From a bacterium (GTDB lineage Bacteria > Bacillota > Clostridia > Lachnospirales > Lachnospiraceae): 64,000 nt of DNA. This document shows, in pieces, positions 30,270 through 41,284 of this stretch. The stretch spans positions 6,002-70,001 of the forward strand of contig CAVICC010000002.1 in NCBI GenBank assembly GCA_963641405.1. Reading direction: 5' to 3'. The notes beneath the pieces were generated by a model, which was not told where the DNA came from, searched no databases, and saw nothing but the letters and a program-made list of their open reading frames with translations. The translations under genes were made by a program, and so were the position numbers. Each line of letters begins with the position of its first letter. Within the stretch, counting starts at the first letter, position 1.

Positions 30270-31253
30270 CTATGCAAGTGCTGCTGTAATGATAGCCATT
30301 GAGTAAACCTCAGCTGCATTACATCCACGAGAAAGATCATTGATAGGAGCATTAAGTCCAAGTAAGATTGGTCCATAAGCCTCGAAATTACCAAGTCTCT
30401 GTGCGATCTTATAACCAATATTTCCTGCATTGATATCAGGGAAAATGAATGTGTTAGCATGTCCAGCAACCTCAGACTGTGGACATTTTGTACGAGCTAC
30501 ACGTGGTGCAACTGCCGCATCAAACTGGATCTCACCCTCGATTGGGAGATTTGGATATTTCTCTTTAGCCTTGTGAGCTGCGTTTCTCATCTTGTCAACA
30601 TCCTCGCCCTTTCCTGATCCGAGTGTTGAGTAGCTAAGGAATGCAACCTTTGGATCGATACCGAATATTCTTGCACACTCTGCTGACTCACCAGCAATCT
30701 CAACAAGCTCGTCCTCTGTAGGATGAATATTGATAGCGCAGTCGCTCATTGCAAGTACCTCGTTCTCACCTGTAGCAGATGGACGAACAAGAATGAAGCA
30801 TGAAGATACGATTGTATTGCCAGGCTTTGTCTTGATAAGCTGTAATGCTGGACGAACTGTATCTGCTGTTGAGTATGTAGCTCCTCCGAGAAGAGAATCA
30901 GCGATGCCCATCTTTACAAGCATTGTTCCAAAATAGTTGGCTGCTGAGAGGATTCCTCTTGCCTGCTCTGGTGTAACACCTTTGCTCTTACGAAGCTCGC
31001 AGAAAAGCTCTACCATCTCATCCATACGATCAAAGTTGTTCGGATCGATGATCTCTGCTCCACGGATATTAAATCCACTCTCCTCAGCACAAGCTGTGAT
31101 GCGCTCTGGATCTCCAACAAGGATTGGATGTAAGAAGTTGCTTGCAAGTAAACGCGAAGCAGCCTCAAGGATACGTGGATCCTCTCCCTCTGTGAATACG
31201 ATTTTCTTTGGGTCTTTCTTTAAGATGTCAATTAACTGTCCAAAACCAAACAT
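30270..31253 (-). CDS. pta: Phosphate acetyltransferase
   Basis: IVFTEGED, TADTVRPALQ, DCAIN, GEIQFDAA, GNIGYKIAQR, NDLSRG. Confidence 0.94.
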   Translation of the reverse strand: MFGFGQLIDILKKDPKKIVFTEGEDPRILEAASRLLASNFLHPILVGDPERITACAEESGFNIRGAEIIDPNNFDRMDEMVELFCELRKSKGVTPEQARGILSAANYFGTMLVKMGIADSLLGGATYSTADTVRPALQLIKTKPGNTIVSSCFILVRPSATGENEVLAMSDCAINIHPTEDELVEIAGESAECARIFGIDPKVAFLSYSTLGSGKGEDVDKMRNAAHKAKEKYPNLPIEGEIQFDAAVAPRVARTKCPQSEVAGHANTFIFPDINAGNIGYKIAQRLGNFEAYGPILLGLNAPINDLSRGCNAAEVYSMAIITAALA

Positions 31254-31448
31254 GTTTTAATTCTCCTTTATATATTATAAATTATTTATGTATATTATTG
31301 CTTTGACCGGTATTTATTATATGCATATCAGCAGTAAATCGATGTCAGTTACCAGCCACTAACTATAATATACTCATTTTCTATGAATATCAATAATTGT
31401 TAAAAGGTTGTCAAGATGTTCGCAAAAAAATCCAATCTACATAAACAA

Positions 31449-31484
31449 AAGGCTGACAGAAGTTTTTATTCCTCTGTCAGCCTT
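31449..31484 (-). terminator. Intrinsic terminator after metY
   Basis: AAGGCTGACAGA / TCTGTCAGCCTT. Confidence 0.75.
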
Positions 31485-31495
31485 GTTATTAATTA

Positions 31496-32803
31496 TTATG
31501 CGAGTGCTTTAAATGCTTCGTCGAGATCCTCGATGATATCATCGATATTCTCTGTTCCGATTGAAAGACGGATAGTATTTGGCTTGATGCCCTGATCTAA
31601 AAGCTCTGCCTCATTGCACTCTGAATGAGTAGTTGATGCAGGATGTATAGCAAGTGATTTAACATCTGCTACATTTGCAAGGAGTGAGAAAAGCTCGAGG
31701 TTGTCGATAAATTTCTGTGCTTCCTTTGCACCGCCCTTGATCTCGAAAGTAAATATTGATCCACCACCGTTAGGGAAATATTTCTTGTAAAGTTCCTGCT
31801 GCTCTTTGTCCTCTGAAATAGAAGGATGGTTTACCTTCTCTACAAGAGGCTGATCCTTTAAGTACTGTACTACCTTGAGGGCATTCTCTACATGACGCTC
31901 TACACGGAGTGAAAGTGTCTCAAGTCCCTGAAGGAAGATGAATGAATGAACAGGTGAAATTGTAGCTCCTGTATCACGAAGGAGGATTGCTCTTATATAT
32001 GTAGCAAATGCTGCAGGTGCGCAATCTTTTGCAAAGCTTACTCCGTGATATGATACGTTTGGCTCTACAAGCCATGGCCATTTGTCATTCTGTGTCCAGT
32101 CGAATTTACCGCTATCTATGATAACACCACCGATTGTTGTTCCATGTCCACCGATAAACTTTGTAGCTGAGTGAACTACGATATCTGCACCGTACTCGAT
32201 CGGGCGAACAAGATATGGTGTTGCAAATGTATTATCTACGATGAGCGGGATTCCTGCCTCATGTGCAATATTTGCGATCTTCTCGATATCAACAACCTCC
32301 GAGTTTGGATTTCCAAGTGTCTCGATCTCGATTGCTTTTGTATTTTCTTTGATAGCTGCTTTGATTCCGTCATAATCGAATGGATCTACAAATGTAGCTT
32401 CAATTCCGTAATCAGGAAGAGTATGTGCTAAGAGATTGTATGTACCACCGTAGATATTTTTAGCTGCTACGATGTGATCTCCCGCATGTGCTACTGCCTG
32501 GAATGCATATGTAAGTGCTGCCGCTCCGGAACCAACTGCAAGTGCTGCTGCTCCACCCTCGAGAGCTGCAATTCTTCTCTCGAATACATCCTCTGTAGGA
32601 TTTGTAAGTCTGCCGTAGATATTTCCGGCATCTCTAAGACCAAATCTGTCTGCTGCATGCTCACTGTTGTGGAACACATATGATGATGTAAGGTAGATAG
32701 GAACTGCTCTTGCATCTGTAACCGGATCAGGTGATTCCTGTCCTACATGTAACTGTAATGTCTCAAATTTTAAATTTCTGTCTGCGTAATGTTTCTTGCT
32801 CAT
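31496..32803 (-). CDS. metY: O-acetylhomoserine aminocarboxypropyltransferase (O-acetylhomoserine sulfhydrylase)
   Basis: FETLQLHVGQ, YGRLTNPT, DNTFATP, HSATKFIGGHG PLP lysine, LANVADVKSL, HPASTTH. Confidence 0.9.
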   Translation of the reverse strand: MSKKHYADRNLKFETLQLHVGQESPDPVTDARAVPIYLTSSYVFHNSEHAADRFGLRDAGNIYGRLTNPTEDVFERRIAALEGGAAALAVGSGAAALTYAFQAVAHAGDHIVAAKNIYGGTYNLLAHTLPDYGIEATFVDPFDYDGIKAAIKENTKAIEIETLGNPNSEVVDIEKIANIAHEAGIPLIVDNTFATPYLVRPIEYGADIVVHSATKFIGGHGTTIGGVIIDSGKFDWTQNDKWPWLVEPNVSYHGVSFAKDCAPAAFATYIRAILLRDTGATISPVHSFIFLQGLETLSLRVERHVENALKVVQYLKDQPLVEKVNHPSISEDKEQQELYKKYFPNGGGSIFTFEIKGGAKEAQKFIDNLELFSLLANVADVKSLAIHPASTTHSECNEAELLDQGIKPNTIRLSIGTENIDDIIEDLDEAFKALA

Positions 32804-32942
32804 TTTAATACTCTCCTTTTAATCTGATATGTTAATGTTGTTTGTTTTGTCTGTTCCTTTGAACTGACTATATCATACCATCTTTCTAGGAAAAGTGTTA
32901 ATATTAATAACTAAGAGCTTGCTATAAATTTTGCTTATAGTG

Positions 32943-35900
32943 TTAGTCTAGGTCCGCAAGCCCCAAGCGACTTACATCAAATGTCTTGTACGTTTCAGGT
33001 GTTTTTACCTCTACCTCCCTGCCATTTTTTTGCTTATAAATATCACTATATGCAATAGCATAAACTTTGATTGAACTGCTTCCTTTTGGTAATATAGAAA
33101 TCGGTACTTTAATCTTGTACGTTTTATCATTACCAAAACAGGTTCTGATATTATCACCATCAGTAGGACTAATCGGATCTACTTCTATTCCATCAGAATT
33201 AAGTGAATAAATCTGCCATTTTACTTCTTGCAAATAAACAGTTCCTTTACCTGTTTCCAGGATTCTTTTATCTTTTTTATCCTTTTCATAATCTTCTTTA
33301 CTACACTCTATATAAAACTGTGTATATACCCTTGTCTTGGATGTGATCTGATTTTTTAAATTATTTGTATCTGTTACAGTAAAGTAAACATCCCTGGTTG
33401 TATCAATACCGTCTAAAGAGGCTGCCTCTACATCACCAGAGTCCTGATCGATCGCATCGTCAATAGTTGTATAAATTGTATTTACGTCTGCTGAATTTCT
33501 GTCATAATCCTCTTTTAAAAGCAGTTCCGGTGCATGTGGTACTGAATCATATGCCATAATCATTGTATTTACAAATAACTGAAGTTCTCCATACTGCTGC
33601 CAGCTTGCATTAGAACAGCCCATTCCATTGTATGTAATATTGCCATCAGTATATAGATAATAGTTATTTCTTGCATCACCAGCTGAAACCTCATAAGATC
33701 CACTATTACTTCCCCAGTTGCTAAGAGCGTACCAAACCACCAGATCTGTTTCTCCGTCCTCATCTGCATCCTGATTTAAATCAAGCTGATAATAAGGATT
33801 TCCTGATAAAGTAAGTGCCTGCGACGCAGAAATTGTACATGGATACATAGTAATCTGTCCTTTATTAAGAATCAGTGTATTTGTAGCATTGCTTTTTCCA
33901 ATCTGAAGGTCCTTATAAATTCCATATTTACCGGTCTGTTCACTGGCCTTCTGAAATTCATTTAAATCCGGGAAAGTAAATCCCTGTGCATTCTTTATTA
34001 TTTTTGTTCGATTGCTGCGTGGCTCATATGCTATATCCTTGTTCTTGCTATTAGAATATTCAACTACCTGGTTATAGTCCGTTTCATTACTGTCTTTTGA
34101 TATATCAACACCCTTTTTTAAAGGTGAATCTTCCGTAGAAATACCATATCTGTCCATTCCTACAGTATCTCTTAGATTCCTGTTAAAGCTCAAGCCCCAT
34201 ACCTTTTCGCTTTTATCATCAAAATTGTAGTATGATGTTGTATCATGTGTTACAAGAACAGCATTTCCCTCATCAATATATTCTTTTATAGCTTTTAAAT
34301 CATCATCAAGATTATCAATCTGATAAAATTCGCCATAGCCCATGATGATTAGATTGTAATTTTTTAGTTTTCCCTCTTTACATATCTGTTTAAGCTCGTC
34401 GGAATCAGATTTTACAGTATGAATTGTAAAATCGTAGTCCTTAACTTCTTTTAAAATTCCAGACAAATGCGACTTCGTTGAATCCTTATACACTTCCTCT
34501 AAATTATATGTGGATGTTCCTGAAGTATTGATCTGTAATACATTGACTTTCTCTGGACTACCAACTTTCTCATGGACAAATCCCGATGCAAAATCATATC
34601 TGGATGTATTATCCAGCAGTCCTACAACAAGTTTCCACTGAATCAAACCATTAACATGTGTAAGATCATATACCAGTTTATACTTTTCTCCTGCTGACAC
34701 ATTATATGTATAATTTCCACCTGCATCAGCCTGCGGTGTAATCTCATCTTTGTTTAAATATAGCTTAAAGCTCGATGCCGAAACTTCCTCTGTTTTCTTT
34801 GAAAACTTGCCATCTTTATTGGAATCAATATATAATTTCACACAATAACTTTGATTATCCGCAATGTTTCCTACACTGGATATATCAAATTCTAAAGATA
34901 ACTTGTCCTCATTTAATTCAGTATATTCTTTTCCATCAGAGTTTTTAGGTGCTGTAAGATTAACCTTCGGTTTGCCTTCTGTCAATACATTGTACAAATT
35001 GTATGCCGACTCACTGCTATCAACAGCAATTGCATTTGTACTTTGATAAGCATATTTGAGAAATTCAAATATATTTGAACTATTATCAATAAAAGTTTCA
35101 TTAATATGTGAATCACTGGTATATGAGAAAAATCCATATGAAAAAACTATTGGAAATCCTGAATCAAGATAATCTTCCAAAGCCTTTACCTTATCCATCG
35201 TAAGATCGTTTCCTGATGCTCTGTATGTATTCGGTGAAGAGGCATAGTTTTTATCATTTACATTTGGAAGAGTTTGTATCAGCGTCTTTTCATTATTTGT
35301 TCCAACCAGATAATCAGTATCAAGTAATCCTGCATGTCCATTTTGGGGATCAATTACTACAATATCTCCTATATTAGAATAGACCAATCCATTCATATTT
35401 GAATCGTTATATAATGTATTGCACGAATCATCTGTATTAAAGCTTTCTATATTGAGTCCAAAATAGATCATGTCATATTGTTTAATATCATCAATATGGC
35501 CAATAAATTCTGCTGATGTCATCCTTGTTATTTTTACATTATCTGAATCAGGACAATCTTTTCCAAGCCATGACTTTAATGTCTCATAATAAAGAACTTT
35601 CTTGTATAATACATCTTCTGTGTTATAACCATTGCTACGTCCAGGTTCAATTTCCAGAATATTTAAACTTTGTATCTTATCAGTTTTTATTTCGGCTTTA
35701 TACTTATATGCAATTATATAGCTTATGATTACATTTTTACTTATCTTCTTATGCAGCAGTTCTTCGTTTTGTTTCTCTAATGTCTTATTCTCTGAATTAA
35801 TGTATTCTGCAATTTCACCAAATCCTATATTAAATGCATCTTCCTGAAACTTCTTACCTGTATCACTATCATTTGAAGATGTAAGCGCAGTTGTAAACGC

Positions 35901-37736
35901 ATCCATTATAAATGGCATCCTGCCTTCTGTATTCGAAGGAATGATATAAACAGCATTGCCATTTAAAAAGCCATTTGGATAATCATTCTCAGAAGCAAAT
36001 AAAAGTGCATTGTAATTAAAATTCAAAGAATACAATGAATCAAGTGACATATAATGTCCGTTGTAAATATCATTTCCGTCCATATTCTTTGAAAGTTTGC
36101 TATTTCTACAACTTAATGCTGCCATAAGCTTATACATATTAGATGCACCATAGAAATTATTACAATTTTTTACCTTGCCATAATCTAATATAACCGGCAA
36201 TTTCTTATTGTCACTGCTTATCTGCTGGCATATCTTCTTAGCAAAATTTTCACTTATATCATCGGCTGTTGAATATGCAGAATTCTTGTCAGCCGATAAG
36301 CCTGATTCTGATATATACAACAAATCAATTGTATCAAGTGAAAGCGACTCTAATTCTTTAGGAGTAACAGTATTGACTCTAAATTTTATATTTTGATCGT
36401 CATCAAATACATATTTTCTAAACCAGTCTCTGTTTTTGAATCCTGTTTTAACATATACTGTATTAGTGATAACCTTATAACCAAGTGTAGCATCTGCATC
36501 TTTCTCAAGCTTATAAGAGCCATTACCCACACCTACAAATGAAAAATTTTCCCCATTTTCTTTAATTCTAAAATGACCAAGGGTCTTAATAGAGCTTCTT
36601 TCATCAGTACATTTTATATAAGGTTCTTCGGTATCCAGCACTCCACCGTAAAGTCCATCTTGCTTTGGACAGAACTGCGTTTTATCTTCATCTACCTCAA
36701 AATACTGAACATCATTTTGAATATCTTCTAGTGATACATATTCATAAATGACCTGTTGATAATATACATCTCCATTTTGAAAATTCTTATCAGTATATAT
36801 ACTTGTATCAACAAAATCGCTAGTATTTCCTATATACTCGTAAACTCCATTTCTAAATGCAAAAATCTGCATATTTTCCTTATTGTGTATTGCATAACCA
36901 AGTTCCCACTTATATCCGTTATCTCCAACCAAAACTGCTTTAGAAACCTTATACGCCTTATGAATATACTTTCCACTTTCATCTTTTTGCAAAAAATAAG
37001 TCTCCTGGGTTTGACCATCCGGAATTTTAGCCGCCTTAAACTCAATATTATAATATCCGCCCAAAGCATTGCCATCTGCATCTTTACTGTCACCTACATA
37101 TACATAATGATCGACATTTTGTTCATAATCGCCATCATAATTTCCATCCTCATTTACAGCAACTTCATACTCATGTCCGAAGTTATAATCGCCCTTGCCA
37201 TCACCAACTTCTTTCATAGAGTATCCCTTTGTTCCGGCAGGGATCACTTCATCTCCTGCAAGATCTATTTTTTCCCATTCACTATCTGTTTTAACTGTTC
37301 CATCGCTATCTTCATCAGGATTTACATAACTCTCCTCATATTTTTCATAATAAAGAGGTTTTGTATTTTCTTCTTCACTGTCGTCTACTATTAAAGAGAG
37401 CTTTTCTTTTAAATCAGTTATATATTTTTCTCTCGCCTCTGCCCCGGTACCATCATCTTTGTATAAAGCTGAAAGCCCACTTAAACCCAGATCAGGTTCC
37501 TGCCCATCAATAAGAAATCCGAATGTAGCCATGTCTTTATTTGGAACAACCTCTACGATATTAAAAACAGACTCCTCAGTCTGACTTTTTATTATCTTTT
37601 GAATTCCATCAAATACCGCATCGGCTTTTACTCCGGTAAGACTGTTATATACCACAAGTGTCACCGTAAGCACGGTTCCGGTAAGAACGAGCATTATTGG
37701 CAATATTACTTTTTTCTTTAGTCTGGCTTTCTTCAT
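32943..37736 (-). CDS. Very large exported protein of the type IV pilus locus (DUF5057-like), putative tip adhesin
   Basis: 1597 aa, N-terminal basic+hydrophobic anchor, repeated alpha/beta blocks starting FNIVEVVP, LNILEIEP, VNVLQIN; last gene of the pilus operon. DUF5057 call is from pattern recall, not a search. Confidence 0.7.
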   Translation of the reverse strand: MKKARLKKKVILPIMLVLTGTVLTVTLVVYNSLTGVKADAVFDGIQKIIKSQTEESVFNIVEVVPNKDMATFGFLIDGQEPDLGLSGLSALYKDDGTGAEAREKYITDLKEKLSLIVDDSEEENTKPLYYEKYEESYVNPDEDSDGTVKTDSEWEKIDLAGDEVIPAGTKGYSMKEVGDGKGDYNFGHEYEVAVNEDGNYDGDYEQNVDHYVYVGDSKDADGNALGGYYNIEFKAAKIPDGQTQETYFLQKDESGKYIHKAYKVSKAVLVGDNGYKWELGYAIHNKENMQIFAFRNGVYEYIGNTSDFVDTSIYTDKNFQNGDVYYQQVIYEYVSLEDIQNDVQYFEVDEDKTQFCPKQDGLYGGVLDTEEPYIKCTDERSSIKTLGHFRIKENGENFSFVGVGNGSYKLEKDADATLGYKVITNTVYVKTGFKNRDWFRKYVFDDDQNIKFRVNTVTPKELESLSLDTIDLLYISESGLSADKNSAYSTADDISENFAKKICQQISSDNKKLPVILDYGKVKNCNNFYGASNMYKLMAALSCRNSKLSKNMDGNDIYNGHYMSLDSLYSLNFNYNALLFASENDYPNGFLNGNAVYIIPSNTEGRMPFIMDAFTTALTSSNDSDTGKKFQEDAFNIGFGEIAEYINSENKTLEKQNEELLHKKISKNVIISYIIAYKYKAEIKTDKIQSLNILEIEPGRSNGYNTEDVLYKKVLYYETLKSWLGKDCPDSDNVKITRMTSAEFIGHIDDIKQYDMIYFGLNIESFNTDDSCNTLYNDSNMNGLVYSNIGDIVVIDPQNGHAGLLDTDYLVGTNNEKTLIQTLPNVNDKNYASSPNTYRASGNDLTMDKVKALEDYLDSGFPIVFSYGFFSYTSDSHINETFIDNSSNIFEFLKYAYQSTNAIAVDSSESAYNLYNVLTEGKPKVNLTAPKNSDGKEYTELNEDKLSLEFDISSVGNIADNQSYCVKLYIDSNKDGKFSKKTEEVSASSFKLYLNKDEITPQADAGGNYTYNVSAGEKYKLVYDLTHVNGLIQWKLVVGLLDNTSRYDFASGFVHEKVGSPEKVNVLQINTSGTSTYNLEEVYKDSTKSHLSGILKEVKDYDFTIHTVKSDSDELKQICKEGKLKNYNLIIMGYGEFYQIDNLDDDLKAIKEYIDEGNAVLVTHDTTSYYNFDDKSEKVWGLSFNRNLRDTVGMDRYGISTEDSPLKKGVDISKDSNETDYNQVVEYSNSKNKDIAYEPRSNRTKIIKNAQGFTFPDLNEFQKASEQTGKYGIYKDLQIGKSNATNTLILNKGQITMYPCTISASQALTLSGNPYYQLDLNQDADEDGETDLVVWYALSNWGSNSGSYEVSAGDARNNYYLYTDGNITYNGMGCSNASWQQYGELQLFVNTMIMAYDSVPHAPELLLKEDYDRNSADVNTIYTTIDDAIDQDSGDVEAASLDGIDTTRDVYFTVTDTNNLKNQITSKTRVYTQFYIECSKEDYEKDKKDKRILETGKGTVYLQEVKWQIYSLNSDGIEVDPISPTDGDNIRTCFGNDKTYKIKVPISILPKGSSSIKVYAIAYSDIYKQKNGREVEVKTPETYKTFDVSRLGLADLD

Positions 37737-37749
37737 GCTTCTCTCCTAA

Positions 37750-38298
37750 CTACATCTTATTACGCATTGTAAAATTCTGTGTAGAGTTATATGTTTTATC
37801 ATCATTTTTAAAGTCCACATCAAAATTGACTGAATTTTTATCCTTATCGATTGATGCTGAAAAATCTTCTATGTATTCTGCCATGAGTTCTTTGTCCCCG
37901 CCATTTTTTTGCAGATACAATTCCTTTTTATTATAATCCAATGATATATTATATGTTGTATTTGTTTCATTTCCATCTTCATCGGTTATTTTTTTTTGGA
38001 TTTCCACCTTTGAGACATCCTCTCCCATTGTAGCAGTATCATTACAAATAGTCACTTGTGTGGCACTTTGCACCAAATCTCCGAGTTGATTCATCAATAT
38101 CTGTGATTCATACTGTAGGTCCACTTCTTTACTCGCTGATTTGTACTGTTTTGCGCTTGTTCCTATAAATCCGGCAACTGCAAGTCCGACCAGTCCCATG
38201 ATAGCCATTACAACTATAAGTTCCACTAAAGTAAATCCGGCATTCAGGCATGCGCACATTTTTTTGTCTTTCTTTTGTGATACTATAATATCCATCAT
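37750..38298 (-). CDS. Type IV minor pilin (PilW-like)
   Basis: Prepilin cleavage motif AG|FTLVEL followed by a hydrophobic helix. Confidence 0.88.
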   Translation of the reverse strand: MMDIIVSQKKDKKMCACLNAGFTLVELIVVMAIMGLVGLAVAGFIGTSAKQYKSASKEVDLQYESQILMNQLGDLVQSATQVTICNDTATMGEDVSKVEIQKKITDEDGNETNTTYNISLDYNKKELYLQKNGGDKELMAEYIEDFSASIDKDKNSVNFDVDFKNDDKTYNSTQNFTMRNKM

Positions 38299-38334
38299 CT
38301 GACCAATCCTCCTTTCGCTGCATTTATCAATATA

Positions 38335-38928
38335 TTATGACATGCTCACCTTACCCGTTTCAGGATAAAGTTTAATTACTTTTTCTGTAGAATTCTTTTT
38401 TATCTTTATCAAAGTACAGTATCTCCCGTCGTCTCCAGCTTTAAGTGAACCTGAACCCCGATTAAACTCGACAGTTATTTTATGTGCTTCATCTAATGTC
38501 AGTTCTTCCTTATAGTTGCCTGACTCATCCGTCAACATATATGTAATCTCTAAGTTGCTTCTGCCAACACGGATTTCTTCTAATGTTTCTTTCCCTGATC
38601 CATCAATTTCTTTTACAATACAATAATATGCCTCGCTTGTACCCGCAGTATTTCCTTTTTGAATTGTAAGGATAACCTGATCCTTTCCCATTGTAGATAC
38701 TCGTGTATCGTTTATGGATGACTTTATATCTCTAGCGCACTGCTTTACGGCTACTCCAAAGATAGACGCAATAGACATTACTGCCCCGGTAGTGAGTATT
38801 GCCATGATTGCTATGACAACTATAAGCTCAACCAGAGAAAATCCCTTATTGTCGTTTATTTTCTTGTTATAGGTCTTATTACAGCTTAAACTCTTAATAA
38901 GACTACTCTTCTTTTTTTCACAAAACAT
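38335..38928 (-). CDS. Type IV minor pilin (FimT/GspH-like)
   Basis: KG|FSLVELIVVIAIMAIL; ITVEFNRGSG and C-terminal YPETGKV recall FimT/GspH. Confidence 0.88.
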   Translation of the reverse strand: MFCEKKKSSLIKSLSCNKTYNKKINDNKGFSLVELIVVIAIMAILTTGAVMSIASIFGVAVKQCARDIKSSINDTRVSTMGKDQVILTIQKGNTAGTSEAYYCIVKEIDGSGKETLEEIRVGRSNLEITYMLTDESGNYKEELTLDEAHKITVEFNRGSGSLKAGDDGRYCTLIKIKKNSTEKVIKLYPETGKVSMS

Positions 38929-38979
38929 ATAAGAAATTTTCTCCTTTCTTGGTTTTATCGCTTAATTTTAATTTTATTT

Positions 38980-41283
38980 TTACTTCTTAGACCAGTTTTC
39001 ATATGTGATAAGCTTTGTATAATCCAGTTCTTCCACATCCGAAGCGTCATCTCCGAGATATATTTTTCCATCCTTAAAAATGTCATACAGATGCATAGCA
39101 TCCTCACTCTCATCTGCCTTTTCAAGCAACAGTGATCTAAATATTTCCTGAGTTGAATTAGCGATATTGTTTGATTTTTTAGAAATATTTATCTTTCCTT
39201 TTGCTATTACTGTACCTGTAAAATCTGCGTCTAAATTAACATCACCGGTTGCAATAATTAGCGATATATTATTAGTATTGCTTGTCGAGTCATCTTTGTA
39301 TGTTCCTTCAAATGTGTATGCCTTAGCATTTGTCACAAGCGCACGATATGTTTTGCCCCTTACAGTTGTTTCAAATATAAACTGCGAACTGCCCTTTTTG
39401 CCAAGAAGCGAATTAATCTGCGACTCATCTATCAGATTGTCAAAAAGTATATTTGATGCTTCGCCGCCATTTAGCTGATCATAATCTGTGATAAGCTTTG
39501 ATGTTAGAGCTGTATATGTTTTCTTTAGTGCTGCTGTTTCACTGCTTATACCAGACTTATTTCCCGAAAGAATCTTTAATTCTTTTTGATCAGTATCACC
39601 GTCATCATATATGGAATATTTTCCTGCTGTATAAATACTTGCTGAATCCCTGCTTACTTTTATTGATTCTGTATAAAACCTTGTATATTTAAGAAGTTTT
39701 GCCTCTGCATCTTTATCCTGGTTGAAATAGTCCTCATAATACAAAGATGCCTTTTCTCCGGGTAAATTAACATAATAATATACAAAACCGCTATCTGAAT
39801 CATCTCCTGAAGCAGGAACAAATACTTTCCTGATACATGATGATATATCACTTTCACTCATATAATTTGAAAGTGCCTTGCCGATTTTTGAACTTGTGAC
39901 ATTGATATTTACCTCTGTATATTTTTTTCCATCCTCACTTGCTCCTGTTATCTTCTTATACTCCGCATAAGTCAATGGATTTTTGTTATATAATGATTTG
40001 GCATCTGCTCCACTGCCATCTGTTCCTATGCAATCTGCAGGCACAAGATATGCAATCTGATTTCCTTTTACCGAAACAGATTCACCTGTACCAACGTTTT
40101 TATTTTTATTTCCATCGAGCGTTCCATTTACGGAAGCTGTATTGATATATGCATATCCGGCTACCATAAGCTCACTCAGCTGGCTCATATCAATTGATGA
40201 TTTTTTCCCATTTATGATAATTGCACTGCTATTTCCTGCAATTCCATCTGATACATTATTTTGATCACCAAATCCGACATATCTGCCGTTTCCGTTATAA
40301 CCAAGCGTAACATTTGACTTAAATCCCTTAATAGTAAGATCGTCTGCCACATATGTATTGCCTTGCAATAATGCATTTGCCCCCTTTACATATATATTGT
40401 CTGACCAAAGCTGACATTGGTTAGAAACTGTAAGATTTGAATTACTGCTGGTATTTGCTGTGGAATCTCCTACATTTAGGTCTCCTTCGGCTATAAAATA
40501 GCTTGTATTTTTCACATTAAGCGTTGTATGATTTGGAATCGCAACGCTTGTTGTATCATCTGATAATCCAAGAACTTTTGGACTTCCGGCATAAAGATTT
40601 CCTTCCAGATTGACAGAATTTCCATGGTCATTTGCTATTATGACACCTGTATTTCCTATTAACGAATATGCAAAAATCTCCGGCACGGCACCAGACGCTG
40701 AAAATTTCATATCCGGTGCATCCAGAGCAATATCAGTCTCTATTATTGATTCGTATCCTTGTGAATCAATGTATTTTACTTTTATTCCTTTGATGACAAC
40801 CTTATCATTATATACAGTAAGCATTCCGGTATCTAGACCATATTTTGCAGAAGTTGTAGTAATATCCGCATGCGGATTGCTACCGTCTTCTATAAGACTT
40901 TTATCCACATAAGCCTTGAGCTTACTTATAGCATATGTATACTCTCCTGATGCAGAATCTTCTGAAAGAATATTCTTTAATGTCTCTACATATTTTTGTT
41001 TAAAGGTAGTTTGTCTGGTATTTTCATCCTGCGACGCGTAATTTTCAAGAACACTGGAATATCCTGCTTTGTAGGCTTTAGAAACTTCTCCCTGAAGACC
41101 TGTACATATCTGGTCAAGTACACCCTCAGCCGAGTAAAAATTGTCTGTATTCTTTTTATTTGTGACCTTCATCTGCATATTGACAAGTGAAATCCACAAG
41201 ACTGTAACTGCCAGTATTGCGACTATAGACATCGCAATTATAACGAGCACAAATGATGCTCCTCTATTATCCCTTCTACTCAT
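38980..41283 (-). CDS. Large PilX/PilK-type minor pilin
   Basis: NRG|ASFVLVIIAM lacks Glu5, typical of the PilX/GspK class; conserved FYSAE after the helix; 767 aa. Confidence 0.8.
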   Translation of the reverse strand: MSRRDNRGASFVLVIIAMSIVAILAVTVLWISLVNMQMKVTNKKNTDNFYSAEGVLDQICTGLQGEVSKAYKAGYSSVLENYASQDENTRQTTFKQKYVETLKNILSEDSASGEYTYAISKLKAYVDKSLIEDGSNPHADITTTSAKYGLDTGMLTVYNDKVVIKGIKVKYIDSQGYESIIETDIALDAPDMKFSASGAVPEIFAYSLIGNTGVIIANDHGNSVNLEGNLYAGSPKVLGLSDDTTSVAIPNHTTLNVKNTSYFIAEGDLNVGDSTANTSSNSNLTVSNQCQLWSDNIYVKGANALLQGNTYVADDLTIKGFKSNVTLGYNGNGRYVGFGDQNNVSDGIAGNSSAIIINGKKSSIDMSQLSELMVAGYAYINTASVNGTLDGNKNKNVGTGESVSVKGNQIAYLVPADCIGTDGSGADAKSLYNKNPLTYAEYKKITGASEDGKKYTEVNINVTSSKIGKALSNYMSESDISSCIRKVFVPASGDDSDSGFVYYYVNLPGEKASLYYEDYFNQDKDAEAKLLKYTRFYTESIKVSRDSASIYTAGKYSIYDDGDTDQKELKILSGNKSGISSETAALKKTYTALTSKLITDYDQLNGGEASNILFDNLIDESQINSLLGKKGSSQFIFETTVRGKTYRALVTNAKAYTFEGTYKDDSTSNTNNISLIIATGDVNLDADFTGTVIAKGKINISKKSNNIANSTQEIFRSLLLEKADESEDAMHLYDIFKDGKIYLGDDASDVEELDYTKLITYENWSKK

Positions 41284-41284
41284 A

